NCBI RefSeq assembly: GCF_018350175.1
Contig: NC_058368.1
Span: forward strand, 60,204,001 to 60,268,000
Reading direction: 5' to 3'
Source of the DNA: Felis catus
Taxonomy: Eukaryota
Length of the DNA: 64,000 bases
Positions 51,930 through 64,000 of this stretch are shown here, piece by piece. The translations under genes and the position numbers were made by a program. The notes beneath the pieces are model-generated. The model was not told the origin of the DNA. It searched no databases and was given only the letters and a program-made list of their open reading frames with translations. Within the stretch, counting starts at the first letter, position 1; every line of letters begins with the position of its first letter.

Positions 51930-54131
51930 ATTGATAAGATTTGTCACTCATAATTTGTTCTACAGCTTTTATCATTTTTTACCAAAGATGAGAAGGAAGC
52001 CATCTTGGCATCAAGTTCTCATTGTTTTCCCATTCCTTTCTTTTTATTGCCCCCAAAAGTGCTTTAGCTATTATGGTGTATGGTTCTTAAAGGAAATCTG
52101 GGACACACCTGAGATAATACATAGTTAAATCGCCAAATATGATTCATGGGAATCAGTGTGAAACTTGTCCTGCTTTGTTTCCATCTCACAAGTAATCGAG
52201 ATGCAATGGCAGAGTGGGAAAAGGCTCAGGACCACCACCAACAGGTTGAAAAGGCTTTCATATATAACTAGAAAATTGTATAGCAAAAATTCAATTTTTC
52301 CTACAAAACCAATGGGAGTAATTGGGGTGGGAATAACTTTCAATTGTTTGAATAGTTAGGGTATTTGGCTTGATTCCAGACTCACTGTTCGGATTAAGGA
52401 AATGGTTATAACAAATGTTTTTACTCCTATGAACTGCTTTTTTGACAGTTTTCTGGCCAGTGGGTTAACTTGATAGTTTTATACCGTAAGCTGGCTGATA
52501 CAGCTAATTGTAGTCCTTTGAAAGACTATGGGCAATTTGTTACTAGACATGGTCAAAATTGCTCTCATTAGGCAAAGACCTCAGATAATTCTAAGGCAAG
52601 AAATACTAATCATGTTTTATGTGATGTTAGAGAGGTATTAAATCAGGGAAAAAGCATATAAAAAAGTCTCTTTGTAGGGACACCTGGGTGACTCAGTTGG
52701 TTAAGCAGTACACTCTTGATTTCGGCTCAGGTCATGATCTCACAGTTTATGAGTTCGAGCCCTGCATTGGGCTCTGCATTGACAGTGTGGAGCCTGCTTG
52801 GGATTCTGTCTCCTTCCCTCTCTGCCCCTCCCCCACTTGCTCTCTGCATCTTTCTCAAAATAAACTTAAATAAAAAAAGTTTTCTTGTAAAGTAGATGTA
52901 GTATAGTCACAAACCTCTAATAAGACAAATTTGGCAAAAGGGATCACCGCATACACAAGTAAATTGCTTAATTGCCCGTGGGACCACTTATAGTGTCAAC
53001 CACAAATCTCCCTGTCGCCATTACTGTATGGTCTGAAACTTCTGTTTTGTTCTCAGAGCAAAAAGCTGCCCATCTAACTAATGAAAGTATCTGTATTGAA
53101 AATCACATTGACTTTTTGGAAATCAGAAAGAATGGGGCCTACTGGCCCCATTGGAATGAATAAACAGAACAAGTTGGACTGACAGCACTCAGGCAGACCC
53201 ATAATAAGCAAGGTTTAGAATCTGTTCTAACCCAACTAGGATTCTAAGCCTTACCTGATAGCTGGAAGGCTAAGTTGAAGATAGTATCAAGCTGTGATCT
53301 CAATATATATAGGTTTCACCTGGGAATCTCCATTAATTGTAAATGACAGTTTCTTTCCAGGGATATTATGTGTAATCTTGGATTGTACCTCTCACATGGA
53401 AGCCAAGTATTAACTTCCCCCCCTCCTTCGCTGAAACATGATGACTTATTCCTTAGGGATGATCATAGGAGACATTCAATTGTTGAAACACCATTAATAG
53501 ATCAAGTAGCCCACAGATAATTGCAAAGATCTTTACAAGGGCTACACTTGGTTAATTTGCAGAGTTTTGTGTGGAGATTACTGATTTACTGCTGTGCACC
53601 CTATCTTTACAACAGAAGTCATCCAAGTAGAGTTTTACTTCTGGCTTTAAATGAAATGATAAATGACACCACTTTGGCCGTGAGCACAGTTAGCTCATAC
53701 TCAGCTTAGTTTATAAGGTTGTCAGGGATGAAAGAACTATCTTAGACTTCCTTCCTATCAAGCCAAGGCAGAATTTGTCCCATTGTTAATATATCTTGCT
53801 ATACATGGATTAATGCCTTCAGCCCCATGGATGGGTCAACAGAGAAACAGGGAGAAAGGCATCTGGCTTTCTAAGATAAACCCATATGATCTAAAAGGGA
53901 ATATGTTCAGTAATTTGGTCTGAGAACCCAGAATGCATGATTAAAGTCAATAATGAAGGTTGACCTTCTGCTTTTTGGAGACCTCTTGGTAGTAGACTTA
54001 ATTAAATGCTTTATTGGACAAACTGAATGGATTTTGTTCCATCTCTGCAATACAAATTACAGCATCCAACAGAATGATATACTCCTGGAAAATTCTCCCA
54101 AAGCCAAGACAATATAGCAACAAAAGTGAAG
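51930..54131 (+). mobile_element. Decayed ERV1 internal region with env remnant (5' boundary uncertain)
   Basis: TM remnant LALNEMINDTTLAV...VVRDERTILDFL (ISD-like, from 53718)...SQGRICPIVNISCYTWINAF (CX6CC with the last C mutated to Y), directly upstream of an LTR. Confidence 0.82.
52677..52872 (+). mobile_element. Can-SINE inserted in the ERV1 region
   Basis: Degenerate TSD aaaaaagtctctttgta / aaaaaagttttcttgta. Confidence 0.95.
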
Positions 54132-54603
54132 TTTGGGAGAGAAGATTCTACATGGACCTTTCTCATGTCTGCATCTTTTACAAGTAAGGTACCAAAACTT
54201 TTTGCTCTATAGAGGCTACTCAAGAACATTTGTATAGTGAACTGTCTTGGAAGATAGCATTTCTCTCAATAATCAGGGGAACATTTGCTTTTGCCTTGGA
54301 GATAGAGATAATGTAACCCTTTGGAGCAAAGGTTAGGGATGCTTACATTTGTAATAAAATATTCTGATTCCCGAAGATCAGAATTCCTCTTCTCTCAAGC
54401 CAACCCCTTGGCAAGGAAATGTGTCATCTGGCTGTCCTTCCGTCATCCTGTAGGAACTTGGGCTCAGGGAATAAATTGCTGAGAATAACAACCTTTCCTT
54501 GTCTCTGACCAAGGAGTCTGTTTTCTACCAACATCCAAGAAATTGTGGCAGATGTTTTTGTTGCTCAGAGAGTAAAATTTCTAATTATTTAGAAATATTT
54601 ACA
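54132..54603 (+). mobile_element. ERV1 3' LTR (MER89-like, family name from memory)
   Basis: ccttggagatagagataatgt...ggagcaaagg...ggaacttgggctcagggaa...ttgtctctgaccaaggagtct...aaattgtggcag; follows the env remnant. Confidence 0.8.
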
Positions 54604-55857
54604 ACTAAAAATTCCAGCAAATGATTCAGAGAAAAGAAGAAGCCCCATTCCCACCACCACACTCCATGATCTTAACTACATGGAGTAGTAAGATTGACTA
54701 CTTACTGCTGACTAGAGCTACCATTAAGTTCTCATCTATAGGTCTTGAGCAAATAAACTAATGGGATGACTAAGTGTACATTATACCCATCAATAGTGCC
54801 AGAAATGTGCTTAAACCCTCACTCAGGAAGGAACTGATATTCTAAATAGTATGGAACAAAATGCCTTTAAAGGTTAGAATTGCTAAGAGGTAGAGGAAAT
54901 GGTCATTTACGGGAACACTACAGTCTCAGAGCAGGACATTTCTGGACAGTTATCTTTCTTCTCAGGTGGCACTGGAAATACAGATTAAAAAGGGAATTTG
55001 ACTTCTCTATGGAGAAGCTAGTTGGAATTGGGCAGAGAAGGGAATAACTCCATGTTATTATTAAAAAAGGTTGATGAGTAGTGATAATGTATCACATGAA
55101 GACACTATCTATAAAAACGTGTTCTAGATATCTGGAACATGGATATGTTCACAAGCTATTACAATGTAGAATTACTCATCACTGACATCTAGTTTCCACC
55201 CAGTCTTGGAGAATATGTAATTAATGGCCAAAGGTAATTTATGCTGGGAAGAAATAAGAATCATATTGTAATTTTAACTGAAGTTTAATGTATGAAATAT
55301 TTTTCATCATTCTGCAATATGTAGGTATAATAACAAAAGGGTTATATGTTCATTGCTAGAATTAAGTGAAAATCAAACTTGTGTAGACAATCTCTCATAG
55401 GATGAAAGAATATTTCTGGAAGCTCATTTTGAAGCCTCTAATTAATATCCACCTATAAGAATTACTGGCCACAAAAAAAATTTAAAGTAAATATAGAAAG
55501 GTTACATAATCTAATACGATCTTACAAATGTTCAAACAACTTTGGATAACAAAAACAAAGTAATGGAACTTGAAATAAACTGTTAAAAGACCTCAGAAAT
55601 ACTATAGCCACTACCAACATTTTTAGTAGCAGCAATTCATGATGCCCATTTATGTTTCAAATCCAGATGGTCATTGGGGTGTTAAGAGGCTTATTCTTTT
55701 GGATGAAATACTGCAGAGACTGTTATAAGACAAATCATAAAAAGACAACTGAGATGTATACATCTGACAGAGAAGTCGGAGAGTGTACTGAGAAGAAAAG
55801 AATTACTCAGAGATCTACAATTCATTCTGGTCAAATCTCTTTGAAACTATGCTAATG

Positions 55858-56023
55858 AGGAGTGTCTGGGTGGCTCAGACCTGGCTCAGGTCATGATCTC
55901 ACAGTTCCCTTTGTGAGTTCAAACCCTGTGTAGGGATCTCTGCTGTCAGTGCAGAGCCCTCTCTCTCTGTCTCTACCCCACTTGCACGCTCTCTCTCTCT
56001 CAAAATAAATAAACTTAAATAAA
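55858..56023 (+). mobile_element. Can-SINE with internal deletions
   Basis: TSD tatgctaatga on both sides. Confidence 0.9.
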
Positions 56024-58134
56024 TATGCTAATGACAAATATTTAACAAATGCATTGATGGTGTTTAGTAAACAGAATGTGCCTGGTTTGGCTAGGATTGC
56101 TAATGAATCACATGCAAACCTGTATCCATAGATGGGGTTGACACAGAGCTCCCTGGAATATGTCACAGAAGCTATGACATATAAGCTGGATATGTCTCGT
56201 TATGAAAATAGTTATTTATTATGTCATCAAAGGTGACATACGTTACTTAAAAACTCATATATTATATCTGGAACTCAGTATTTCCTAATGAGATGAGTAT
56301 GAAATTGGGAAAATTTGTCTATAGTCTAGACATATTACTGCTTCACCTGGTGCCTCATGACTACTTCTGCCTTTGAAATTTTAATTAAAATGTGATATTG
56401 TGGAAGATCTTAGATTTTTCTATGTGATTTGATCTTCTGAAATGTCATGTTATCTCAGTGTATAATCTATTGAAAGGATGTATACACTCTACCTGAATGG
56501 CATAAGCTTTAAATGGAGAATTTTTCTTTTGTCAGACAAATCAATAACCTAATTTATTTTTGAAAATCTATTTTATTATAATATACTAAAAATTGACTCC
56601 TACTTATAAGTGAATGAGTCTGACTTTTTTTAAAAAAAAGAGAAGGGATACTTTTTCCTATGCCAACAGTTTTAAAACAGTTGCCTTCCATTTTGCTTAT
56701 CATTAAACAGAAAATTGGCACCTGATAAAAGAAGTTGTATTTACTTTTCTTGAAAGAATTTCCTTTTGGATTTCACTGAATTACCTGAAGCAGCACAGCA
56801 TTTTCAAATGTAAAAATAAAACATTTGGGTACATCTCTCACACCAGATTAAACTCCTCCTCTTTATGTGTTTAACACTTTACAAGACTGCCAGCTATAGA
56901 ATTTGGTTCTCTCTGTTTGATCTGATTGTTAACTACTGTTTACCCAAGAAAGTTGATTAACCTAATTTTTCTTTTCTTGGGAATCACTTATTTTAGATTG
57001 GACAATCCAAATGCAATCACCAAGTCACTAAGTATATTGAACACAGTGTGTTCGGCACGAGCTCCTTCCAGATCCTAGTGTTGTGATTCAGTCATTGAAG
57101 AAGAAAAGAGAGAAGGAAGGGTAGAGGAAACAAGATAAAGATGGCAGAGAAGCTAAAGGCACAAACTCTCCAGCTTTTTTTTTTCTACAAAAGTAGAATT
57201 GTGGAGTTTTATCTTACATCTCTTTTTATATGCTATTCCTGTAATAGATGAGCCTTAGAGCACATTACAGGAGGTTTGGTTATTTTTCCCTAGACCCTGA
57301 ATTAAGGGCCAGCACAATTTCATATTGCATAAAACTGCCACCCAGGGCTCAAGGCTCTTCTTTTTGTGTCCTTTCCCCAGTGAGAGGCTCACATTTTCTG
57401 CTTCACTCCTCTCTCCAGATACCTTGGCTGTCATTATTGATTCACGCTTCAGATGCAAAGTATGATCTTTCCCCCCCATTCTCTAACAAGATTGTGTTTC
57501 TCTCAGTTAACTGGAGTCTAACTCTAAGATGGAGACTTAGAGTAAAATGGGTCTAGTTACTTTGTCCAAGCCCAGGGGCAAGAAAGGGAAAATGGAAGAC
57601 TCAAAAGTTTCCTTCCATTCACATATATTCAGTTTCTTGACCCAAGAATAGCAAGTTTTTGTTTTTGTTTTTGTTTTGTCTTGCTTTGTTTTGTTTTGTT
57701 GGCATGAGAGGCTATCATGCAATAAACAATCATGTGGAAAATATGCTAGCTAAACCACCAGATTAGATGCTCATTTCTTGGAACAAGCAAGGAATGGAAA
57801 AAGCTGTACAACAGAACTGCTGAATCTCCCTTACCAGTTTCTAGCCACAGAAGCAATTATACCATTTAATATAATGATTTCCTATGATTTCTTCTTCTAT
57901 CTGAAGAGCCTTCCTGAAAGCACTCACAATTTTCCTAGAGCCTGGTGATTAGGCCCACCTTGGCCTTTGCCATATTTTGTTACTCTGGATCATATAATGT
58001 GTGGAGCATTCATCCCCAGTCTTCACTGTGTTGTGTGTTCCTTGAGATCAGTGAGTCTTTTACCTCAAAGAGGGTCAACATTTGTGGTTTGATTAAATAA
58101 TAAAAACTCTTTTGAGCTTTTATCAGCAGTTAAC

Positions 58135-58219
58135 ATTTAAGTAAATTCTGTCCCCAGTGTGGAGCTCAGCCTCATAAACCCAAGATAAAAGCATCAAAAC
58201 TGAGCCAGCCAGGCACCCC
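58135..58219 (-). mobile_element. Short old Can-SINE remnant
   Basis: cccagtgtggagctc...ctgagccagccaggcacccc. Confidence 0.7.
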
Positions 58220-58374
58220 TCTTTTCACAAATATTATCCTAGGAGGAAACCCACCCTTCACAAGACATCTTAGAGGTTTGTTGGGACCCCACGAATTTAG
58301 GCCTACGAATAGTAAATCAGGTCTCGGTAAATTAGTGACTACAAAGGCAGGGGGGTGTGAACAAATCTTACATA

Positions 58375-58812
58375 CAGTAGTACCTTCTTATCCATGGTTT
58401 TGCTTTTCCACTGTTTCAGCTACCTGCAGGCAACTGCAATCCAGAAACAGATAATCCTCCTTCTGATGAATCATCAGAAGGTCAATAGTAACTTAATGCA
58501 GGGTCACAATGCCTATGTCATCCACCTCACATCATCTCATTATGTAGGCATTTCATCATCTTGCATTTTTACAAGAAGAAGGGTGAATAAAGTACAATAG
58601 AGAGACGACATTCACATAATTTTTATTACAGTTATATTATTATAATTGTTCAACTTTATTACTTATTGTTCCTAATAGTTCTCTGTGCTTAGTTTATAAA
58701 TTAAAATTTATCATAGGTAGGTATATGTAGGAAAAAAGCATAGTGTCTACAGTAATTAGGCATCCAAAGGTGGTCTTGGAATATATCTGTTGCAAATAAT
58801 GAGGAACGTCTC
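58375..58812. mobile_element. MER44-type TcMar-Tigger MITE
   Basis: TA|cagtagtaccttcttatccatggtttt terminus; tcagaaggtcaatagta...gtcacaatgcctatgtcat...tttataaattaaa; ggcatcca...gtcttggaa. Confidence 0.85.
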
Positions 58813-59597
58813 TATTGACCTATTATGTGCCCAACCCTTCATACAAGCTCACTGAAGCAATTTAGCTTTACCAAGTCGTCATTTTATTATTAGTAATGGA
58901 TGAATTGACTGTGTGAATTGACTCACAGAGAGTTAGAGTTAAAATTGCATTTTAAGCCTGTAATTGCTTCCAAGTATATATAGTCATCATTGGAAATAAA
59001 GTTAGAGAATAAATTCACTAGTAGAAACGTATATGGAGCAATTAAGTATCTTTAAGGAAAATCCTTATGATTAATGAAACAGGAGTTCAACATTGTTAAA
59101 CATGTGTATTAAATTGTAAAAATTGTGGGTTAATTGTAAATATTTTATTGGCAAAAGTATTGAAGTAGGGCCATTATCTGGACGATTATTAAAAAAATGA
59201 ACAAAAGCCAAAGTGCCATCTCCTCTATAAACAAAGCAATAAACACTTTGCTTCTTTTAGGTTATGTCAATTGACCCCAAGTGCTCAATGAAATAGTTTA
59301 TGAATGCTGAGTGAATAACCTGGGACTTCATAATTCCATTCTCTGATGGAGCTCTCTTTATGTTTCTTTAGACACATTTTTGAAAACATGTATTTTTATT
59401 CTTAATTTATTAATACTTTAACATCAATGTAGCTGGTCATTTACAACAACTTCTGTAGTAGGATCATTATTCCTGCAACTTCTAAAACTCAAGTAATTGG
59501 CAAAATAGAAGTTGATACTAAGTCTAAGTCTATAAGGTCAGAAGTTACATTTATCCTTCACACCTCCCCCAAATCTATGTGTCTCGTTTGCATTCTT

Positions 59598-59814
59598 TTT
59601 TTTTCTTTCAACGTTTTTATTTTATTTTTGGGACAGAGAGAGACAGAGCATGAACGGGGGAGGAGCAGAGAGAGAGGGAGACACAGAATCGGAAACAGGC
59701 TCCAGGCTCTGAGCCATCAGCCCAGAGCCTGATGCGGGGCTCGAACTCAGGGACCGCGAGATCGTGACCTGGCTGAAGTCGGACGCTTAACCGACTGCGC
59801 CACCCAGGCGCCCC
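59598..59814 (-). mobile_element. Young felid SINEC_Fc-type element
   Basis: Perfect 17-bp TSD gtctcgtttgcattctt at 59581-59597 and 59815-59831; nearly identical to 50721-50926. Confidence 0.98.
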
Positions 59815-59949
59815 GTCTCGTTTGCATTCTTAATGCTGAATGCCCTCCATTGCCATTGACAATTGTTTAAATGTAAGTTCTACAACTACTGCAAACCATG
59901 TATTCACTGTCTTTGGGTAAATCAAAATACATGTTGATACTGCAAACGT

Positions 59950-60625
59950 GAAATGTCTCCATTAGTAACTATAAGATGAAATCAGAAGAGTGGACAGTAA
60001 TATATGTTAGTGAGAGACAGGAGAGGGAGATTCTTAGATACAGTATTGCGAGGACATTTAATTGTTTGAAAAGGGGTTGGAGAAATTTATTCACTTTAAA
60101 CTTTTAGTGAAATAAATATGATAATTCCAATAGTAGCCACTTAAAAGGTGAAAAATAGAGGATATCATTTCCAAAATGTTAAGAAAAACATGTAATGAAT
60201 ATGAAATCTGCATAATAGGAAAGAAAATAATAAAATAACATGGAAATGAAAAATAATATGGGAGAAATAAATCCTAGTATGTAATATTTCCATATTTGAA
60301 AATGCAAAATTACTTAATACTGAATAATAATGCAAATACTACTGATGTAGACTATGGGATGCCACCCAAATGGTACTTAGAAGAATATTTATACTTCTAA
60401 AAGTTTCTATAAAAAAGAAAAATGTATTGCACTTAAGTGATTACATTTGAAAAACAGATAGTCTAAAATATTAATGAAATAGAAATCTGATTTAAATAGC
60501 AAGAAAAAGATTGACTAAACCAAAAAAAGAAGGAAATTGTAAATAAATTATTGAAAAGAGCTGAAATAGAATACAGATACATAATGGAGATGATCAACAA
60601 AACCAAAGACTTTGAAATAAAATGA
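59950..60625 (+). mobile_element. Old L1 fragment
   Basis: A-rich sense L1 text: tatgggatgccacccaaatggtacttagaagaatatttata, gatcaacaaaaccaaag. Confidence 0.65.
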
Positions 60626-62009
60626 GCCACCAGTGATTATAAACAGTAATTTTATGATGTCATCGTCAAACTATTTTTTTTTGCTGATATTCTTTGGGAC
60701 TCAGATGTGCCAATAACATTTCATGTTCCTCCATCACCATGCTGTCATAGTGATGTAGTCCATCATTTGTAATACTCTTTGACCTTCTGGATTGAAGTAA
60801 TGCAAACAGCATCATTTTCTGCACACCTACCAAAATTCAAGTATATTTCCTTGAAGGAAGAGATCTGAGATGGAGTCAAATGCAGAAAGCATCCACTTTT
60901 GTTGCGAGGGGTATATACCAAACTACTTTATCAGGCATTTAGACATAAGTGATCTAAATCTAAGCTGATAATTGAGATACTGGATTTTACATTCTACAAG
61001 GAGGAAGCAGTTACAAAATAAACTGGCGAAAATGCAGGGGAAAAAGAAAGGGCAAGAACATTTATAGCATTGCCAGTAGCTGAAACCACAGTAGAGTTGG
61101 TTCTGACTCCTAAGTCTTTAGCGTTCACAAAGCTTCAAGAAATGGAATAAATTGCCTAAGATGACAACCAGTAATTCACAGGATGAGGATTCTAAAGCAA
61201 ATCTATCCAACAATGGAGACCTTGCTTCTTCATATGAAATACCTTTAGAGAACAGGAACCTGATTTTGATGTTTGGTATGTTTTGACTTGGTCTCATGTA
61301 AATGACTCAGATTTAGAAGGCTTCTCTTTTTAAGATTTCCCAAAAAGAATGCTTGACAAGTTAGACAGCAAGCATGTATCTCATTAGCTTCTGGCAAATG
61401 TCAGATTTATTTACACATTCTGAGAGTTAATGATGCATTTCTGGATGGTTTCTTATAAGTAACTATTTTCTATCTAATTTTAGAACACCTTGAAAGTTCT
61501 GTTATTTGTGACTTGTGAAAATTCAAATCTTCTAATGGTTTCAGAAAACAAATTCTCTCTGTGTAGAAAGTAATATGTGAATATATCTATTTGTGAACAC
61601 ATGGAGAGTAATGTATAGTATTACTCTATCTACCCTACATGCTGTGTACTTTATATACTCTTTACCATATAATCAATTTACTTTATAAACTATATATTTT
61701 ATCTATACTCTATGCTCTATGACACTATTACATGTATATAATACTTCTCTGACGGTTGGAGGAGATATCCATGAAGAGACTTCATATGACAATGTAAACC
61801 TGACTCTTCTTAGAACTATGATTAATATAATACTTCTTAAGCATGGGAGAAATTACATAACAAAAAGACCATGTTATAAGTTACTTATTTCCATACAATC
61901 CATCTGTCTCTTATCCAATCTAAGTAAAGAAAAATGAGATTTTTTTTTAACCATTATAATTGTGTTTAGCCATTCCCTTTAAAAGAATAGCAATCAGCTC
62001 ATATTTTCC

Positions 62010-63900
62010 TAAGCAGTTTTATTAGGATAAAGACTAAACTGCTGGAAAACAAGCAAATGAAAGACAATGCCTTAAGTTTGACTCGTGCACATGGAACAAT
62101 TTAAAATTCCAAAGAGCCTATGCAAGTGAGGCTTTGCTCTGTGATCTTCTTCTATGGATTTGTCTTCTTCCCGTGTAATTCTCCACCATCCTCACAGATG
62201 TTGCCTTCCTCAGCGTGGTTCACGATGTACGTCTGCCACATCAACGTATCAGTCCCTAGGCAGGAAAAAAGAGAGGAGGAACAGGGTAAGACCTTTTAAA
62301 TACCTCTCATTTCAGTTCATATTTTATTGGTGAGAACTTGAGTACAGAAGCAAATATAGATGTAAGTCTGGGGATGAGAAAGGTAGTTCACAGCTGTGCA
62401 GCCATGTGCCCAAAAAGAAGGAAATAGATTGGAGGGGGGGGGGCAGCTAGCAGATGGCCAGAGTCCTTCCTGTGGCCACCACATATCTTCCAACAAATTG
62501 AACTAACGCACACTTCTTCCAACAAATTGAACTAACTCTCTAGCTGAAGGACAAAGCCCAAGGTCTTATCCTACGGCCACACTCAGCTCAAAGCCTGTAA
62601 TCTGTGCCAAAAGGACAATCCTATCCATTATGTCCAGTTGTGGATTCTATTACCTGGCAACTTACAAACTAAGAGAAAAAAGATCTGCCCTCCATAATCA
62701 TCCTCACTGTCCACACACACATTTGCCCCAATATTTCTGGGGACAGAACCGTGATTACAAATGGAGGCTTACCTAACATGTACCTAAAGATTAAAAAATT
62801 ATAATTCAAGCAAATAGACTGTTAACTAAATACCTTTCATCTACCCCTTTGAGAAATTCAGAATTCTCAGACTCATTTTTCCATCTATGAATGTGGCAAC
62901 ACATTATAAATGCCCCCTTGTAACCTTTTTTGCCCTTCTTTCTTTTCACACCTTTCCTTAATGGTCAATTGTGTGACACCTCAGCCTACAAGTCCAAAGT
63001 ACCCTCAAAGCTCCTCTGAATAGCTGCCCATTAACGAGCTCTTGGGCATAAGCTAAGGCCAACAGTGGAGCAGGCAACTCTCAAGAGATGATGTGAATGA
63101 AGAGCCTGTGAAAAACCTGGAGGTCAATGTGGAACTGTTTAGACAGGGTGTCCTGATGTCTCAGGTGTCTGGAACACGGCACAGAAGTGGAATGTGGGCT
63201 CCAGCTGGGCATCACTGCCACTTGGCCTGTAGAATCTTCACCTTGATGATGGGGGCAAAGCTGAATAATGAGTCAGGCCTGCCAATGAGGGGATCCCAAG
63301 GCAGAGCTCCCTTTGCCTGCGTCCAAAGTTGATAAGGAGAATAACGTATTAGGTGAAACAGGAACAAACAAATGCTACTGAAAAAAAGAGTCCATGTAGA
63401 ACATAGAATGAGAAACATGTCCATCAGTCCATGATGATGCTGAAATTCTGGGCAGAAATGATAAAGGCTGGTTTTGCTGAATGTTGCATAAGTTCATTGG
63501 TGAGAGTCATTCTGATCTGTGAGAAAAACCATCTTTTCTTCAGTTTTCCTTGGCACTTGACTCTGATTTCTGGGAGTTTCTTCATTGCGTCCATAATCTT
63601 CTGTGGCCAGATCTGAAGAAAGTTGATATTCTCCTTAGAGATGCACTTTTATAAACTATTTCTAGCACTTGTAATTCTAGGAGGCCGAAAACTGTTCTGG
63701 AGAAAAACAATCAGATTTTTATAGGCCATAATTTCTTTGTAATTACTCTCTCAAAAGTTATTGGACTTCTCATCTATTTACTTTCCCTCAGTGCAGTATT
63801 TGAGAAACAACGCCTGATGTAAGATTTTATTTTGTGTGACCATTTCTCCCTAACTTTGAGAAATGAAGGTAACTTGAAGAGCTCTTGATACAATAGGCTG
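62010..63900 (-). mobile_element. Old MaLR LTR (~62010-62465) followed by probable MaLR internal sequence
   Basis: ttaggataaagactaaactgct...cagttcatattttattggtgagaact...gggcagctagcag; internal portion recognised only loosely. Confidence 0.5.
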
Positions 63901-64000
63901 GAGCAAAAGGCAACACTCATTCTTTTAGAATCACCCCAAGCTTAGGTAACCTTTCTTGGCTGAAAAATCATAAAGAGATGCCTTGATAAATGTTATGAAT

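Noticed and set aside
51930..54131. Domesticated env (syncytin-Car1 or HEMO-like gene)
   Set aside because: No long ORF; multiple stops and frameshifts, a mutated CX6CC and a SINE insertion
33377..54603. Same-family, same-orientation LTRs at 33.4 kb and 54.1 kb as the two ends of one provirus
   Set aside because: They are 21 kb apart and the first is embedded in L1 sequence that continues on both sides, so it behaves as an independent solo LTR
60660..60830. Minus-strand AG acceptor followed by a ~50-codon open frame (MMLFALLQSRR...)
   Set aside because: Weak polypyrimidine tract, no partner exon, no recognisable protein similarity
39073..62536. CRISPR-like arrays suggested by short direct repeats
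   Set aside because: Mammalian DNA; each repeat has only two to four copies explained by duplication or TSDs, with no regular spacers or cas genes

Overview
AT-rich mammalian genomic DNA, almost certainly felid (cat): it carries about 29 tRNA-derived Can-SINEs, two of them young SINEC_Fc-type copies with perfect target-site duplications (TSDs). I find no intact protein-coding gene, RNA gene or convincing exon, so the window looks intergenic or deep intronic. Recognisable content: an RPL28 processed pseudogene (~23.3-23.7 kb, minus); a decayed class III (ERV-L-like) provirus with protease, RT and RNase H remnants, followed by a possible env-like remnant (2.6-6.1 kb); a decayed ERV1 env-TM plus 3' LTR (~51.9-54.6 kb); a MER34-type solo LTR; MaLR LTRs; L1 and L2 fragments; MER5, MER58 and MER44 DNA-transposon fossils; and many microsatellites. 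I cannot support a new functional biological system. The most unusual structures are a carnivore L1 insertion with doubly rearranged segments at a target motif present in four copies (41.2-42.4 kb) and the possibly env-bearing ERV-L-like fossil. Repeat family names come from recall of consensus sequences, not from a search, and boundaries of old repeats are approximate.
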